NCBI GenBank assembly: GCA_030647325.1
Contig: JAUSJN010000054.1
Location: 1 to 47,408, forward strand
DNA: 47,408 nt
Reading direction: 5' to 3'
From: Nanobdellota archaeon
GTDB taxonomy: Archaea > Nanobdellota > Nanobdellia > Woesearchaeales > GW2011-AR9
Shown here: positions 1 to 8,089 of the stretch, in pieces
Position numbering within the stretch: position 1 is the first letter of the stretch
Layout: every line of letters starts with the position of its first letter
The notes under the pieces: model-generated
What the model was told of the DNA's origin: nothing
The model's input: the letters and a program-made list of their open reading frames with translations, nothing else
Database searches by the model: none
Position numbers and translations under genes: made by a program

Positions 1-228
1 CAAATAGAACTTTCCGACCGCGCTCCTATTAGAGATGCTTGCGAAGAACTAGGAGTTTTATTCGGCTGCCGTTCAGGATTGTGCGGAACTTGCATGATCG
101 ACATAGTTGAAGGAGAAGAAAATCTTTCCGAATTAAGCGAAGAGGAAGTAGCCATGGATAGGGATAGGGCACATCGTTTGGCTTGTCAGACTAAAATAAA
201 AAAAGGAACAGTTACTATTAAATTTTAA
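1..228 (+). CDS. [2Fe-2S] ferredoxin-like protein, C-terminal part (5' end lies outside the window)
   Basis: Frame 1 is open from base 1 to the TAA at 226-228. The translation ...LFGCRSGLCGTCMIDIVEGEENLSELSEEE...RLACQTKIKKGTVTIKF has the C-x4-C-x2-C...C spacing of plant-type 2Fe-2S ferredoxin domains. It is absent from the ORF track because no start codon lies in the window. Confidence 0.7.
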   Translation, partial: QIELSDRAPIRDACEELGVLFGCRSGLCGTCMIDIVEGEENLSELSEEEVAMDRDRAHRLACQTKIKKGTVTIKF

Positions 229-244
229 TGTTTAGGAGGAAAAA

Positions 245-820
245 ATGGAATCAAACAAATTGGAAATCAACACACCAGCGCCGAAATTTGAAGCGAAAGT
301 ATTTCAGAATGATGAGATCAAAACCATAAAATTAAGCAACTACCATGGAAAATGGGTGGTGTTAGTATTTTACCCTGCCGATTTTACTTTCATCTGCCCT
401 ACCGAGTTAGGAGAATTGGCGGATCATTATGAGGAATTGAAAAAAATCAATGTGGAAGTCTTGAGCGTCAGCACCGATACGGTCTTTACCCACAAGGCGT
501 GGTGGGATAATTCTGCGACCATCAAAAAAATAAAATTTCCCATGGTAGCCGATCCGAATGGGCAGATCTGCCGCAGCTATGGGACCTACATCGCTGAAGA
601 AGGATTGAGTCTGCGGGGAACCTTCATCATAGATCCTGACGGGATCTTGAAAGCATTTGAACTGCATGACAACAGTATCGGCAGAAGCGCGAAAGAATTA
701 TTACGGAAGATCAAAGCGGCGCAGTTTGTCAGGGAACACGGCGGAGAGGTCTGCCCTGCAAGTTGGGAACCGGGAAAAGCGACCTTGAAACCAGGATTGC
801 ATTTAGTAGGAAAAATTTAG
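245..820 (+). CDS. Typical 2-Cys peroxiredoxin (AhpC/Prx1 family)
   Basis: Contains the peroxidatic motif FYPADFTFICPTEL and the resolving-Cys motif GEVCPASW. A GGAGG ribosome binding site lies 5 nt upstream of the ATG. Confidence 0.95.
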   Translation: MESNKLEINTPAPKFEAKVFQNDEIKTIKLSNYHGKWVVLVFYPADFTFICPTELGELADHYEELKKINVEVLSVSTDTVFTHKAWWDNSATIKKIKFPMVADPNGQICRSYGTYIAEEGLSLRGTFIIDPDGILKAFELHDNSIGRSAKELLRKIKAAQFVREHGGEVCPASWEPGKATLKPGLHLVGKI

Positions 821-832
821 GAGGAAAGAGAC

Positions 833-1414
833 ATGGCATACACCGCGCAAAACTTTGATAATTTATTAGGATTGAAAGGATTCAGCGACCAGTTATTACA
901 AAATCATTTCAAATTGTATCAGGGATATGTTACCAACACTAACAAATTGATCGAATTGTTAGATAAACTTGAGTCAGGAACTCCAGAATATTCTGAACTG
1001 CAAAGGCGCTTCGGCTGGGAGTTTAATGGCATGCGGATGCATGAATTGTATTTTGGTAATATGATCAAAGGCGGCAAGGCCTTGAACAAAAATTCTTCCT
1101 TAGCTAAAGAACTAATTAAAACGTATGACAGCCTCGAGAACTGGGAAAAAAACTTCAAAGCGGTTGGCGCGATGAGAGGAATAGGTTGGGCGGCGCTGGT
1201 GTACGACCAAAAACAAAAAGAATTTTTTAACCTCTGGATCAACGAGCATGATGTCGGCCATTTAGCCGGAACTGTTCCCTTGCTGATCATGGATGTTTTT
1301 GAACATGCCTTCATGCTTGACTATGGATTGAATCGGGCGGATTACATCAAAGCGTTCATGGAAGCGGTTGACTGGGATGCGGTGCAGAAGCGCTTTGAGA
1401 AAGCGCAGCATTAG
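833..1414 (+). CDS. Fe/Mn superoxide dismutase family protein
   Basis: Contains C-terminal DVFEHAFMLDY (compare D-x-WEHAYY), GWAALVY (compare WGWL) and NGMRMHELYF (compare NHSLFW). The N-terminal helix motif is divergent (NHFKLYQGYV rather than HH-x-KHH-x-x-YV). A GGAGGAAAG ribosome binding site lies upstream. Confidence 0.8.
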   Translation: MAYTAQNFDNLLGLKGFSDQLLQNHFKLYQGYVTNTNKLIELLDKLESGTPEYSELQRRFGWEFNGMRMHELYFGNMIKGGKALNKNSSLAKELIKTYDSLENWEKNFKAVGAMRGIGWAALVYDQKQKEFFNLWINEHDVGHLAGTVPLLIMDVFEHAFMLDYGLNRADYIKAFMEAVDWDAVQKRFEKAQH

Positions 1415-1470
1415 TTTTCCTGGATTCTTTTTTCTTAATATTTTTAAACTGAGGCCATAAAAGCTCTTTT

Positions 1471-2661
1471 ATGACCTTATACGGCTTGGATTTAGTACGA
1501 GATCAAGATGGAAAATACCATCTTCTGGAAATAAATGGGATTAGTTCTGGAATGAAAGGTTTTGAGTACATTTATGGCGATAATAGGGTGGAAGAGAAGG
1601 TTTTTGAGATGCTGCAAAAGCGTTATGGGAATCTTACCGTCAATGACGGGACCTATGCAGAACTGCAATATAAAAAAGAACATCCTTTCAAATATGCTCT
1701 GGATACCGTTAGGGATAAAATCCCGTTTCTACGTAAAAAAAATCTTGCCTGGCTGAAATTACGTTCTTTACCCACGGCGCGTACAGATTGGGTCTTAGAG
1801 GAAGTTCCTTATTCCAAGGGGCGTATTTTCCCTTTTGATCCTTATATTGGGCAGGAATCAGCAGTATTAAGTACGCATTATAATGAAGAACTGTCTCACC
1901 CTTTAGTAAATCCATTTCTTACTGAAGCGATCGCCGCTAATAAATTTTTCACCGATCAAGTTTTAAGAAATTCTTCTATAGGGGAATTAGTCCCGCCCTC
2001 GACACTTCTTGGTTTGGGCTTTACCCACGAAGAGGAATTGGCAGAGCTTCTAGAGAGCGCTCCTTCCTTTGTCATAAAGCCAATATTGGGCACACAGGGA
2101 AGAGGACTAGAATTCCTCACCAGGGAAGATGCAAAAAAGCATCAACTCAGCCGCGGCCCCATAGAGCTTCTTAGTCCTCTTAATCAGATAAAGGCCTTAT
2201 ACGCAAATCCTGAAGATCTGTTGTATGTTGAGGATCTAGCCAAGATGGGCTTATTCTCATTTCAACATGGATTAGGGATCATCCAGCCTTTCATTGAATC
2301 TAAACGTCTTTTTGAAGGGATGGAGATGTATAGCTGCATCCGGGCTATTGTGTGCAACGAACAGTTCGTGGATGCGTATCTAAGAGTGAGTCCCCTAAAG
2401 AAAGCTAACTTATCTCAGGGAGCCCAGGCGTATCCTTGCAAAGACAAAGATGAGATCGTTTCTTTATCAGAGAAAATTGTCGCAGTCTTTGAAGAAGAAT
2501 GTTTCAGGTATGATCCAAAAAGTTTCCGGCAAGAACTGTATGGCCAGTACATCGAATCCCGGGGGAAGACCACTTTAGAAATGAAAAACAGAGATATCTT
2601 CAGCGGATTATCGACTCTGCTTGTAAATGTCACCAGCGGACTAGAACGCCGTTTACCGTAA
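1471..2661 (+). CDS. ATP-grasp (RimK-like) family protein with apparently permuted motif order
   Basis: Carries FVIKPILGTQGRGLEF (ATP-binding Lys loop), IIQPFIES (hinge), YSCIRAIVCNEQFVDAYLRVS and ANLSQGAQAYPC. The normally C-terminal motif YGLDLVRDQDGKYHLLEINGISSGMKGFE sits at the extreme N-terminus. Confidence 0.65.
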   Translation: MTLYGLDLVRDQDGKYHLLEINGISSGMKGFEYIYGDNRVEEKVFEMLQKRYGNLTVNDGTYAELQYKKEHPFKYALDTVRDKIPFLRKKNLAWLKLRSLPTARTDWVLEEVPYSKGRIFPFDPYIGQESAVLSTHYNEELSHPLVNPFLTEAIAANKFFTDQVLRNSSIGELVPPSTLLGLGFTHEEELAELLESAPSFVIKPILGTQGRGLEFLTREDAKKHQLSRGPIELLSPLNQIKALYANPEDLLYVEDLAKMGLFSFQHGLGIIQPFIESKRLFEGMEMYSCIRAIVCNEQFVDAYLRVSPLKKANLSQGAQAYPCKDKDEIVSLSEKIVAVFEEECFRYDPKSFRQELYGQYIESRGKTTLEMKNRDIFSGLSTLLVNVTSGLERRLP

Positions 2662-2997
2662 TACGATCTTCTCGGCAATAACTTCTTTTTCTCCTTTATA
2701 CTCTTCAACCTGCCCGGTCAGCTCAACATGATCTCCTTCCCGGAGATAGATGCTGCTGTCCGGGAATAAGATAATATCAGTGTAGACGATCTTCTCTCCT
2801 TCCAGTTCAAAGAACACTGCTTTATCCGTCACTTTAAGATTTTTTACTGTACCTTTCATCGCCACTTTTTCAGTAATAGCCACCGTCTCCAGATCAGCGG
2901 CAGATTCAAGATCCAAACCTTGGGCATACACCAACAGAAAACTTAGGCCAAGTACGGTGATGATGAGAGATAGCCTGACCAGCGTTTTTTCTTGCAT
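2653..2997 (-). CDS. Membrane-anchored OB-fold protein (nucleic-acid-binding OB-fold-like)
   Basis: Has an N-terminal TM helix (LVRLSLIITVLGLSFLLVYA). This is followed by a beta-rich segment, KGTVKNLKVTDKAVFFELEG...GDHVELTGQVEEYKGEKEVIAEKI, typical of tRNA-anticodon-type OB folds. Confidence 0.5.
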   Translation of the reverse strand: MQEKTLVRLSLIITVLGLSFLLVYAQGLDLESAADLETVAITEKVAMKGTVKNLKVTDKAVFFELEGEKIVYTDIILFPDSSIYLREGDHVELTGQVEEYKGEKEVIAEKIVLR

Positions 2998-3104
2998 GTT
3001 CTGTCCGCCGGCATACTTATTATATATATTTCTACACTGCAGTACATCAAATACTGCATTTTAAGTCCTAAATGTTTATATAGACTTTACTCCTTTATGA
3101 TAGC

Positions 3105-3287
3105 ATGTCCGAAGAAAGAGTAACCCAGTTAAGAGAAAATTTGTTCCAGCTAGAGCGCCGGATACGGCCGCTGGAATGGGACGCAGGCAGGAACCAGATC
3201 AATGAGTTCAAGAAACAGCAGTTAGGAAGATTGAAAGAAGAATTCACTGTCTTACAACAAGAATTGCATGGTCTGGAAAAACCATAA
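3105..3287 (+). CDS. Small hypothetical coiled-coil protein (60 aa)
   Basis: ORF preceded by a TATA-like TTTATATAG at about 3075. The sequence has heptad-like charged character and no recognisable family. Confidence 0.35.
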   Translation: MSEERVTQLRENLFQLERRIRPLEWDAGRNQINEFKKQQLGRLKEEFTVLQQELHGLEKP

Positions 3288-3372
3288 AACAAAGTAGATC
3301 CCTGTCTAGGGATTTCCAAGATTTACCTCAACATTTTTAAACTTCCATCAATTTAATCTATAAAAGAGGAGG

Positions 3373-6027
3373 ATGGGGATGAAATCGGTTATTTCTCTGC
3401 AGGAAAAAGCACATGCGCAGTCTCTGAAGGAACTATTTAATTATTATAATGCCTCTGAAAAAGGCCTTTCTAACCATGAAGCGGAACAGCGATTGCATTC
3501 TTTCGGCTTCAATGAACTTCAGGCTGCTAAAGAAGACAGTCCCCTGAAGATACTGTTGCGCCAATTTTCCAGCCCCTTAGTGATAATTCTTCTGGTCGCA
3601 GTGATCATTTCGTATCTGCTTGGCGAAAAGGTGGATGCGGGAATCATCACTATCATCGTCATAGTCAATGCCATCCTGGGCTTCATACAGGAATACCGCG
3701 CAGAAAAGACCTTGGAAGCGCTGCAAAAAATTGCCTCGCCTAAAGCAGTAGTGCTCCGTGAGGGAAAGGAGACCATCATCGAGAGCAGGAATGTTGTTCC
3801 CGGTGATATCATCGTCTTTAAAGTCGGCGATAAAATCTCTGCTGACGCGCGGCTGATCGAAGTGCACGACGTAAAGATGCAGGAAGCGGTGCTTACTGGC
3901 GAGTCACAGCCGGTCACCAAAAATATCGAAGTGTTGGATGCAAAGAAAGGGTTAGCCGATCGGCGAAACATGATCTATACTTCTACCATCGTCAGTAATG
4001 GCCGGGGAAAAGCGCTGGTCACCGCGGCGGGGATGAAAACGGAAGTAGGAAAAATCGCCCGTGATATCGCCGAGACGGAGGAAAAGATCTCTCCTCTGCA
4101 GGAAAATATCCAAGTGATGGGAAAATATCTCTCTATCGCCGTAGTGGTAGTCGCTATCGTCGTTTTTTTAGTTGGGATCGCGCAGGGATTAGGATATACC
4201 CTGATGTTCCTGACCGCAGTAGCTTTAGGCGTAGCGGCTATTCCTGAAGGGCTTCCTGCTATCATCACTATCTCGCTTTCCTACGGAGTACAGAAAATGG
4301 CCAAGCGCAATGCGCTGATTCGGAAACTTCCTTCCGTGGAGACGCTGGGCAGCGTCGATGTCATCTGCACTGATAAGACCGGCACGCTGACCCATAATGA
4401 GATGACCGTGACCAAGATCTGGCTCAACAACGCGCTGTATGATGTGACTGGTTCAGGGTATGAAGCAAAAGGCTCCTTCATGCTTGACAATAAAGCTGTC
4501 AAGCCGGATTCTCTGCAGATCATCCTCAAAATAGGAGCGCTTTGCAATGATGCTGAATTTGATAAGAAAAAAAAAGTGATTGGCGATCCGACTGAGGCTG
4601 CCTTGTTAGTATCAGCAGAAAAAGCCGGCCTCCTGCGGACAAAACTGGAACAGGAAGAACCGCGCGTGGATGAGATCTCCTTCTCTTCAGAAAGGAAGAT
4701 GATGACTACCATCCATCAGACTAAGTTCGGGAAAGTCTCTTACACCAAAGGGGCTCCTGATATTCTGCTGAAAAACTGTAACAGTATCCTGATCAATGGC
4801 AGCGTGCAGCGTTTAGACAAGAAGAAAAAAGAAGAGATCCTGCATCAGAATGAAGTCCTGGCGGGAAATGCGCTTCGCCTGCTCGGATTTGCCTACAAGC
4901 CGAAAGTCCAAGGAAAAGAAGATGCGGAAAAAGATATGATCTTCGTCGGACTGCAGGCCATGATCGATCCGCCGCGAAAGGAAGTGAAAGAAGCGATACA
5001 GAAATGTATTGATGCTGGAATACGGGTCATCATGATCACCGGGGATCAATTGAGCACTGCCAAAGCCATCGCCGCCCAGATAGGAATCACCGGAGATGCT
5101 CTCAGCGGTGAGGAATTGAACCAACTGAAGAATCTTACTGCCCATATAGAAGACATCAACATCTTCGCTCGGGTAGATCCTGAACACAAGCTGCGCATCG
5201 TTGAAGCATTAAAGAAAAAAGGCCATAAAGTGGCGGTCACCGGAGACGGGATCAATGATGCTCCTGCTTTGAAAAGAGCGGATATCGGCATCGCCATGGG
5301 CGTGACCGGGACTGATGTGGCGAAAGAAGCAGCAGATATGATCTTGCTTGACGATAATTTTGCCTCTATCGTCAATGCGGTAGAAGAAGGGAGAGGGATT
5401 TACGATAACCTCCGGAAGTTTGTCAATTACTTGCTCTCCAGTAATTTCGCCGAGATTTTAGTTATCTTCTTGGCCATGGTCATCTTTGCTCCTTTTTTTG
5501 GTTTGGGCCTGCCGCTGACTCCTATCCACATCCTCTGGATAAATTTAGTCACTGATGGTCTGCCGGCAGTAGCCTTAGGCGTGGATCCATTTCAAAAAGA
5601 GATCATGAAACGAAAACCGCGCGAGTATGAGGAATCTATCATCAACAAAGAGATGATCATCAGTATCCTGACTTTAGGGATGCTGATCGCTTTTGTGGTA
5701 CTCTTTTTATTCTGGTCGTACCGGAATGCTATCCCGGGAAAAGCGCAGACCATGGTCTTTACCGCCTTGGTGGTATTTGAGCTAGTGCGTTTACACATGA
5801 TCCGGATGCATTATCATCTGTCTATTTTTTCAAATGGTTATCTAGTGGCAGCAGTAGTGCTTTCCCTGGTTCTTCAGGCTATTGTAATGTATGTGCCTTT
5901 CCTTGCCGGCTCCCTCGGAGTGGTGCCTTTAGGGTTCATGGATTGGGCATGGATAGGTATCGCAGCAGCAGGAATAGTGGGGTTGAATTGGATCATACAT
6001 AAAGTAAGGAAGCTTAATTTTGTGTGA
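3373..6027 (+). CDS. P-type cation-transporting ATPase, type IIA (Ca2+/SERCA-like)
   Basis: Contains TGES, the phosphorylation site DKTGTLT, MITGD, VTGDGINDAPALKRADIG, and 10 predicted TM segments. The second ATG at 3379 is better spaced from the GAGGAGG at 3366-3372 and may be the true start. Confidence 0.95.
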   Translation: MGMKSVISLQEKAHAQSLKELFNYYNASEKGLSNHEAEQRLHSFGFNELQAAKEDSPLKILLRQFSSPLVIILLVAVIISYLLGEKVDAGIITIIVIVNAILGFIQEYRAEKTLEALQKIASPKAVVLREGKETIIESRNVVPGDIIVFKVGDKISADARLIEVHDVKMQEAVLTGESQPVTKNIEVLDAKKGLADRRNMIYTSTIVSNGRGKALVTAAGMKTEVGKIARDIAETEEKISPLQENIQVMGKYLSIAVVVVAIVVFLVGIAQGLGYTLMFLTAVALGVAAIPEGLPAIITISLSYGVQKMAKRNALIRKLPSVETLGSVDVICTDKTGTLTHNEMTVTKIWLNNALYDVTGSGYEAKGSFMLDNKAVKPDSLQIILKIGALCNDAEFDKKKKVIGDPTEAALLVSAEKAGLLRTKLEQEEPRVDEISFSSERKMMTTIHQTKFGKVSYTKGAPDILLKNCNSILINGSVQRLDKKKKEEILHQNEVLAGNALRLLGFAYKPKVQGKEDAEKDMIFVGLQAMIDPPRKEVKEAIQKCIDAGIRVIMITGDQLSTAKAIAAQIGITGDALSGEELNQLKNLTAHIEDINIFARVDPEHKLRIVEALKKKGHKVAVTGDGINDAPALKRADIGIAMGVTGTDVAKEAADMILLDDNFASIVNAVEEGRGIYDNLRKFVNYLLSSNFAEILVIFLAMVIFAPFFGLGLPLTPIHILWINLVTDGLPAVALGVDPFQKEIMKRKPREYEESIINKEMIISILTLGMLIAFVVLFLFWSYRNAIPGKAQTMVFTALVVFELVRLHMIRMHYHLSIFSNGYLVAAVVLSLVLQAIVMYVPFLAGSLGVVPLGFMDWAWIGIAAAGIVGLNWIIHKVRKLNFV

Positions 6028-6129
6028 TTTTAAAGCTAAACATTTTTAAATGCAAGCTCAAAATAAGAATGATAGCTGAGGCAGCATAAGCGTGATCCAG
6101 AAAGGATCTTTAGCCTCGGGAGGAAAAAC

Positions 6130-6525
6130 ATGGAATTAAAATTAGTATTAGGGACAAAGGACGGAAAGTCTTATCAAAAAGAAGTAAAAGATGCCGCTGC
6201 AGAAGCGTTGCATAACAAAGTTATCGGGGACACTGTTTCTGGCGAAGAACTTGGTTTTCCAGGATACGAATTCTTGATCACCGGCGGTTCTGACAAGTGC
6301 GGATTCCCCATGCGGAAAGGCATCCAGGCAGCCCGTAAGAGAATAATCGCGGGGAAAAGCGTTGGTTTTTCAGGCTTAGATCGCAATAAGAAGAAGCAGC
6401 CAGGATTGCTCAATAAGAAAACTGTCTGCGGTGAAAGGATCTCAAAAATAATCCATCAGGTCAACCTGAAAGTATTGAAAGAAGGATCTCAGCCATTGGT
6501 CGAAGAAGCTGCGAAAGGGCAGTAA
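6130..6525 (+). CDS. rps6e: 30S ribosomal protein S6e
   Basis: The motifs MELKLVLGTKDGKSYQKEV...GYEFLITGGSDKCGFPMRKG...KRIIAGKSVGF are characteristic of archaeal S6e. A GGGAGG ribosome binding site lies upstream. Confidence 0.9.
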   Translation: MELKLVLGTKDGKSYQKEVKDAAAEALHNKVIGDTVSGEELGFPGYEFLITGGSDKCGFPMRKGIQAARKRIIAGKSVGFSGLDRNKKKQPGLLNKKTVCGERISKIIHQVNLKVLKEGSQPLVEEAAKGQ

Positions 6526-6554
6526 AATTTATTTTCTCTTTTCTGTCAAAATAT

Positions 6555-6815
6555 GACTGGGCTGACCATCGGTCAATAGACCGATGGCATGTTCGCTTCG
6601 CTCACAAGAAAATTGAAAACTATCAATTTTCTGTGCTGAAATTAAATCGTTGTTTCATTTCATGCACCGCCCAGCCTAATTTTGAGCACGCATGAAATTT
6701 GAAAAATATCAAATTTCAGCGCTGAAAATAAATCTTTGTTTATTTTCATGCGCAAGAAGTCCACACATTGATAAGTGGTTTGCTTGCAAACCACCACCCT
6801 ATAGAGTGGTGGAAT
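6555..6815 (+). ncRNA. Candidate structured RNA or paired-hairpin intergenic element, copy A
   Basis: Components:
- hairpin 6566-6587 (CCATCGGTC-AATA-GACCGATGG)
- conserved 17-mer CATGTTCGCTTCGCTCA at 6588-6604
- tandem hairpins at 6603-6635 and 6633-6667, closed by CTGGGC 6557-6562 / GCCCAG 6669-6674
- a second tandem hairpin pair at 6687-6753
- two mutually exclusive hairpins at 6775-6812
Related copies lie at 25293-25492 and 32720-32931 on the opposite strand. Confidence 0.45.
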
Positions 6816-6848
6816 TCTCCGCGTTTAAATCAACTCCAAAACAAAAAA

Positions 6849-6856
6849 TTTTTAAA
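6849..6856 (+). promoter_or_regulatory. TATA-box-like promoter element for the 6883 gene
   Basis: TTTTTAAA is preceded by an A-rich BRE-like tract and lies 26 nt before the ATG at 6883. No SD sequence is present, so the transcript is probably leaderless. Confidence 0.4.
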
Positions 6857-6882
6857 CCCCTTTTATTTTCCTATAAGGTATA

Positions 6883-7083
6883 ATGGCTACAGTCAATCAA
6901 TTCCTCAGTAATTTTCAACAACAAGTAATGTTATTCAACCGTAGGTCAGCTGCCTTTTTCTCCTTTCTGGGGATGAAGCTCAAGAATTTCAGCTCTTTGA
7001 CCGTCCAGGAACAGATCTCGTTCGGTTTTATCGGCATCGGCCTGGTATTGATCGTAACATCGATAGTTTTATTTTTGGTATAG
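6883..7083 (+). CDS. Small membrane protein (66 aa), hypothetical
   Basis: Has a C-terminal TM helix (ISFGFIGIGLVLIVTSIVLFLV), lies 10 nt upstream of the next gene, and has a TATA-like element upstream. Confidence 0.4.
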   Translation: MATVNQFLSNFQQQVMLFNRRSAAFFSFLGMKLKNFSSLTVQEQISFGFIGIGLVLIVTSIVLFLV

Positions 7084-7093
7084 AGGTACAAAC

Positions 7094-7975
7094 ATGAATC
7101 TAGAAGAAGAAGAACAACCACAATTGCAGGGAAAAATCAATCCTTTTAGGGGATCACAGCAATCTACAGAAAAGATTATTCCTTTAAAGGGATTACCGAG
7201 GCCTAAGCAGCCGCAACAGGAGAAAAGTAAGCTTCAGGACAAGCCTCAAGGTAAAGAAGGCAAAGAATTTACTATCACTCTAAAACCCTGGAAGTTTGTA
7301 AAAGGATTTTTAATCTTAGTTTTGCTTCTGGGTGTTTTCTTCGCCGGCCGTCTTAGCGTCGGAGAAGGTTCTGTTCTCCCTGATTTTTCAACCTATTTCA
7401 GCAGCGATTCCGGTCCTTCTGGTTTAGCCACTGGTGATACAGAAGAAGCAGAAGAGCAGGAAGCAACTACGGAAGCAGCTGAAGAAGTTCCAGCTGAACC
7501 GGTAGTAGAAGAAAATGCGACCGAAGAGACTCAGCTTGCAGAGGATGAAACTGCGTTACCAGCAGAAGAGACCGAAGATAAACCTGAGAAATTTGTTGAT
7601 GAAGAGTATTCGCAAGTAACCTTATCTCTTGATGGCGTCTATAAAGACTGGAAAGGGACCTGGGGAAAGATAAAAGGCGTAAAGTATACTATCACTAATA
7701 ACGAAGTTGGAACGGTCAAACCGCATCACTTTTCCATGATTGTGGAAGGATACGAAGACGGAGAGAAGCATTTTGATGTGGGTATTGCTTCTCAAAGGAT
7801 CAAATCAGAGAAAACTGTAAGCGATGAAGCTGCAGTTACTGGCGGATTTGCGTATAGTCCAGTGACTATTCCGGACGGAGATTTGACCAAAGTGCGGATC
7901 TCTTTATTCCTTCTTGATGTTAATGGGGAGACTATGGCTTCTGTGCATCAAGACATGGATCTAAGCGGAAATTAA
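7094..7975 (+). CDS. Hypothetical single-pass membrane protein with an acidic linker and a beta-rich C-terminal domain
   Basis: Has a Q/K/P-rich N-terminus, a TM helix (FVKGFLILVLLLGVFFAG), an E/T/A-rich low-complexity linker, and then a roughly 120-aa beta-rich domain. No family recognised. Confidence 0.6.
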   Translation: MNLEEEEQPQLQGKINPFRGSQQSTEKIIPLKGLPRPKQPQQEKSKLQDKPQGKEGKEFTITLKPWKFVKGFLILVLLLGVFFAGRLSVGEGSVLPDFSTYFSSDSGPSGLATGDTEEAEEQEATTEAAEEVPAEPVVEENATEETQLAEDETALPAEETEDKPEKFVDEEYSQVTLSLDGVYKDWKGTWGKIKGVKYTITNNEVGTVKPHHFSMIVEGYEDGEKHFDVGIASQRIKSEKTVSDEAAVTGGFAYSPVTIPDGDLTKVRISLFLLDVNGETMASVHQDMDLSGN

Positions 7976-8020
7976 TTTTTTTATCTTTCTTATTTTTCTT
8001 TTACCATTTCTAGCCTTGAT

Positions 8021-8052
8021 TTTTAACTTTAAATTTTCTTTTAACTTTAAAT
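8021..8052 (+). promoter_or_regulatory. Two 14-nt direct repeats (TTTTAACTTTAAAT) upstream of the nitroreductase promoter
   Basis: Exact copies lie at 8021-8034 and 8039-8052, followed by TATATATA at about 8060-8068 and the ATG at 8090. Confidence 0.35.
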
Positions 8053-8089
8053 CGTTAAGTATATATATCTCAAAAATTTAATCAGCAGT

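Noticed and set aside
3519-5798. Multiple 68-150 aa ORFs antisense to, or out of frame with, the P-type ATPase gene (for example 3519-3971, 4281-4712, 5046-5375).
   Set aside because: They lie entirely inside a gene with unambiguous P-type ATPase motifs, have no promoter or ribosome binding site, and have low-complexity Ser/Ala/Thr-rich translations. They are shadow ORFs.
6603-6753. The repeated AGAAA/TGAAA hairpins considered as a possible miniature CRISPR array.
   Set aside because: The units are palindromic hairpins of differing sequence packed back to back. There are no regularly spaced identical repeats, no unique spacers and no cas genes in the window.
6692-6883. A 63-aa ORF (MKFEKYQISALKINL...) in the rps6e downstream spacer.
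   Set aside because: It is read straight through the tandem hairpins of structured element A, its translation mirrors the palindromes, and it has no ribosome binding site or TATA box. I treat the region as non-coding.
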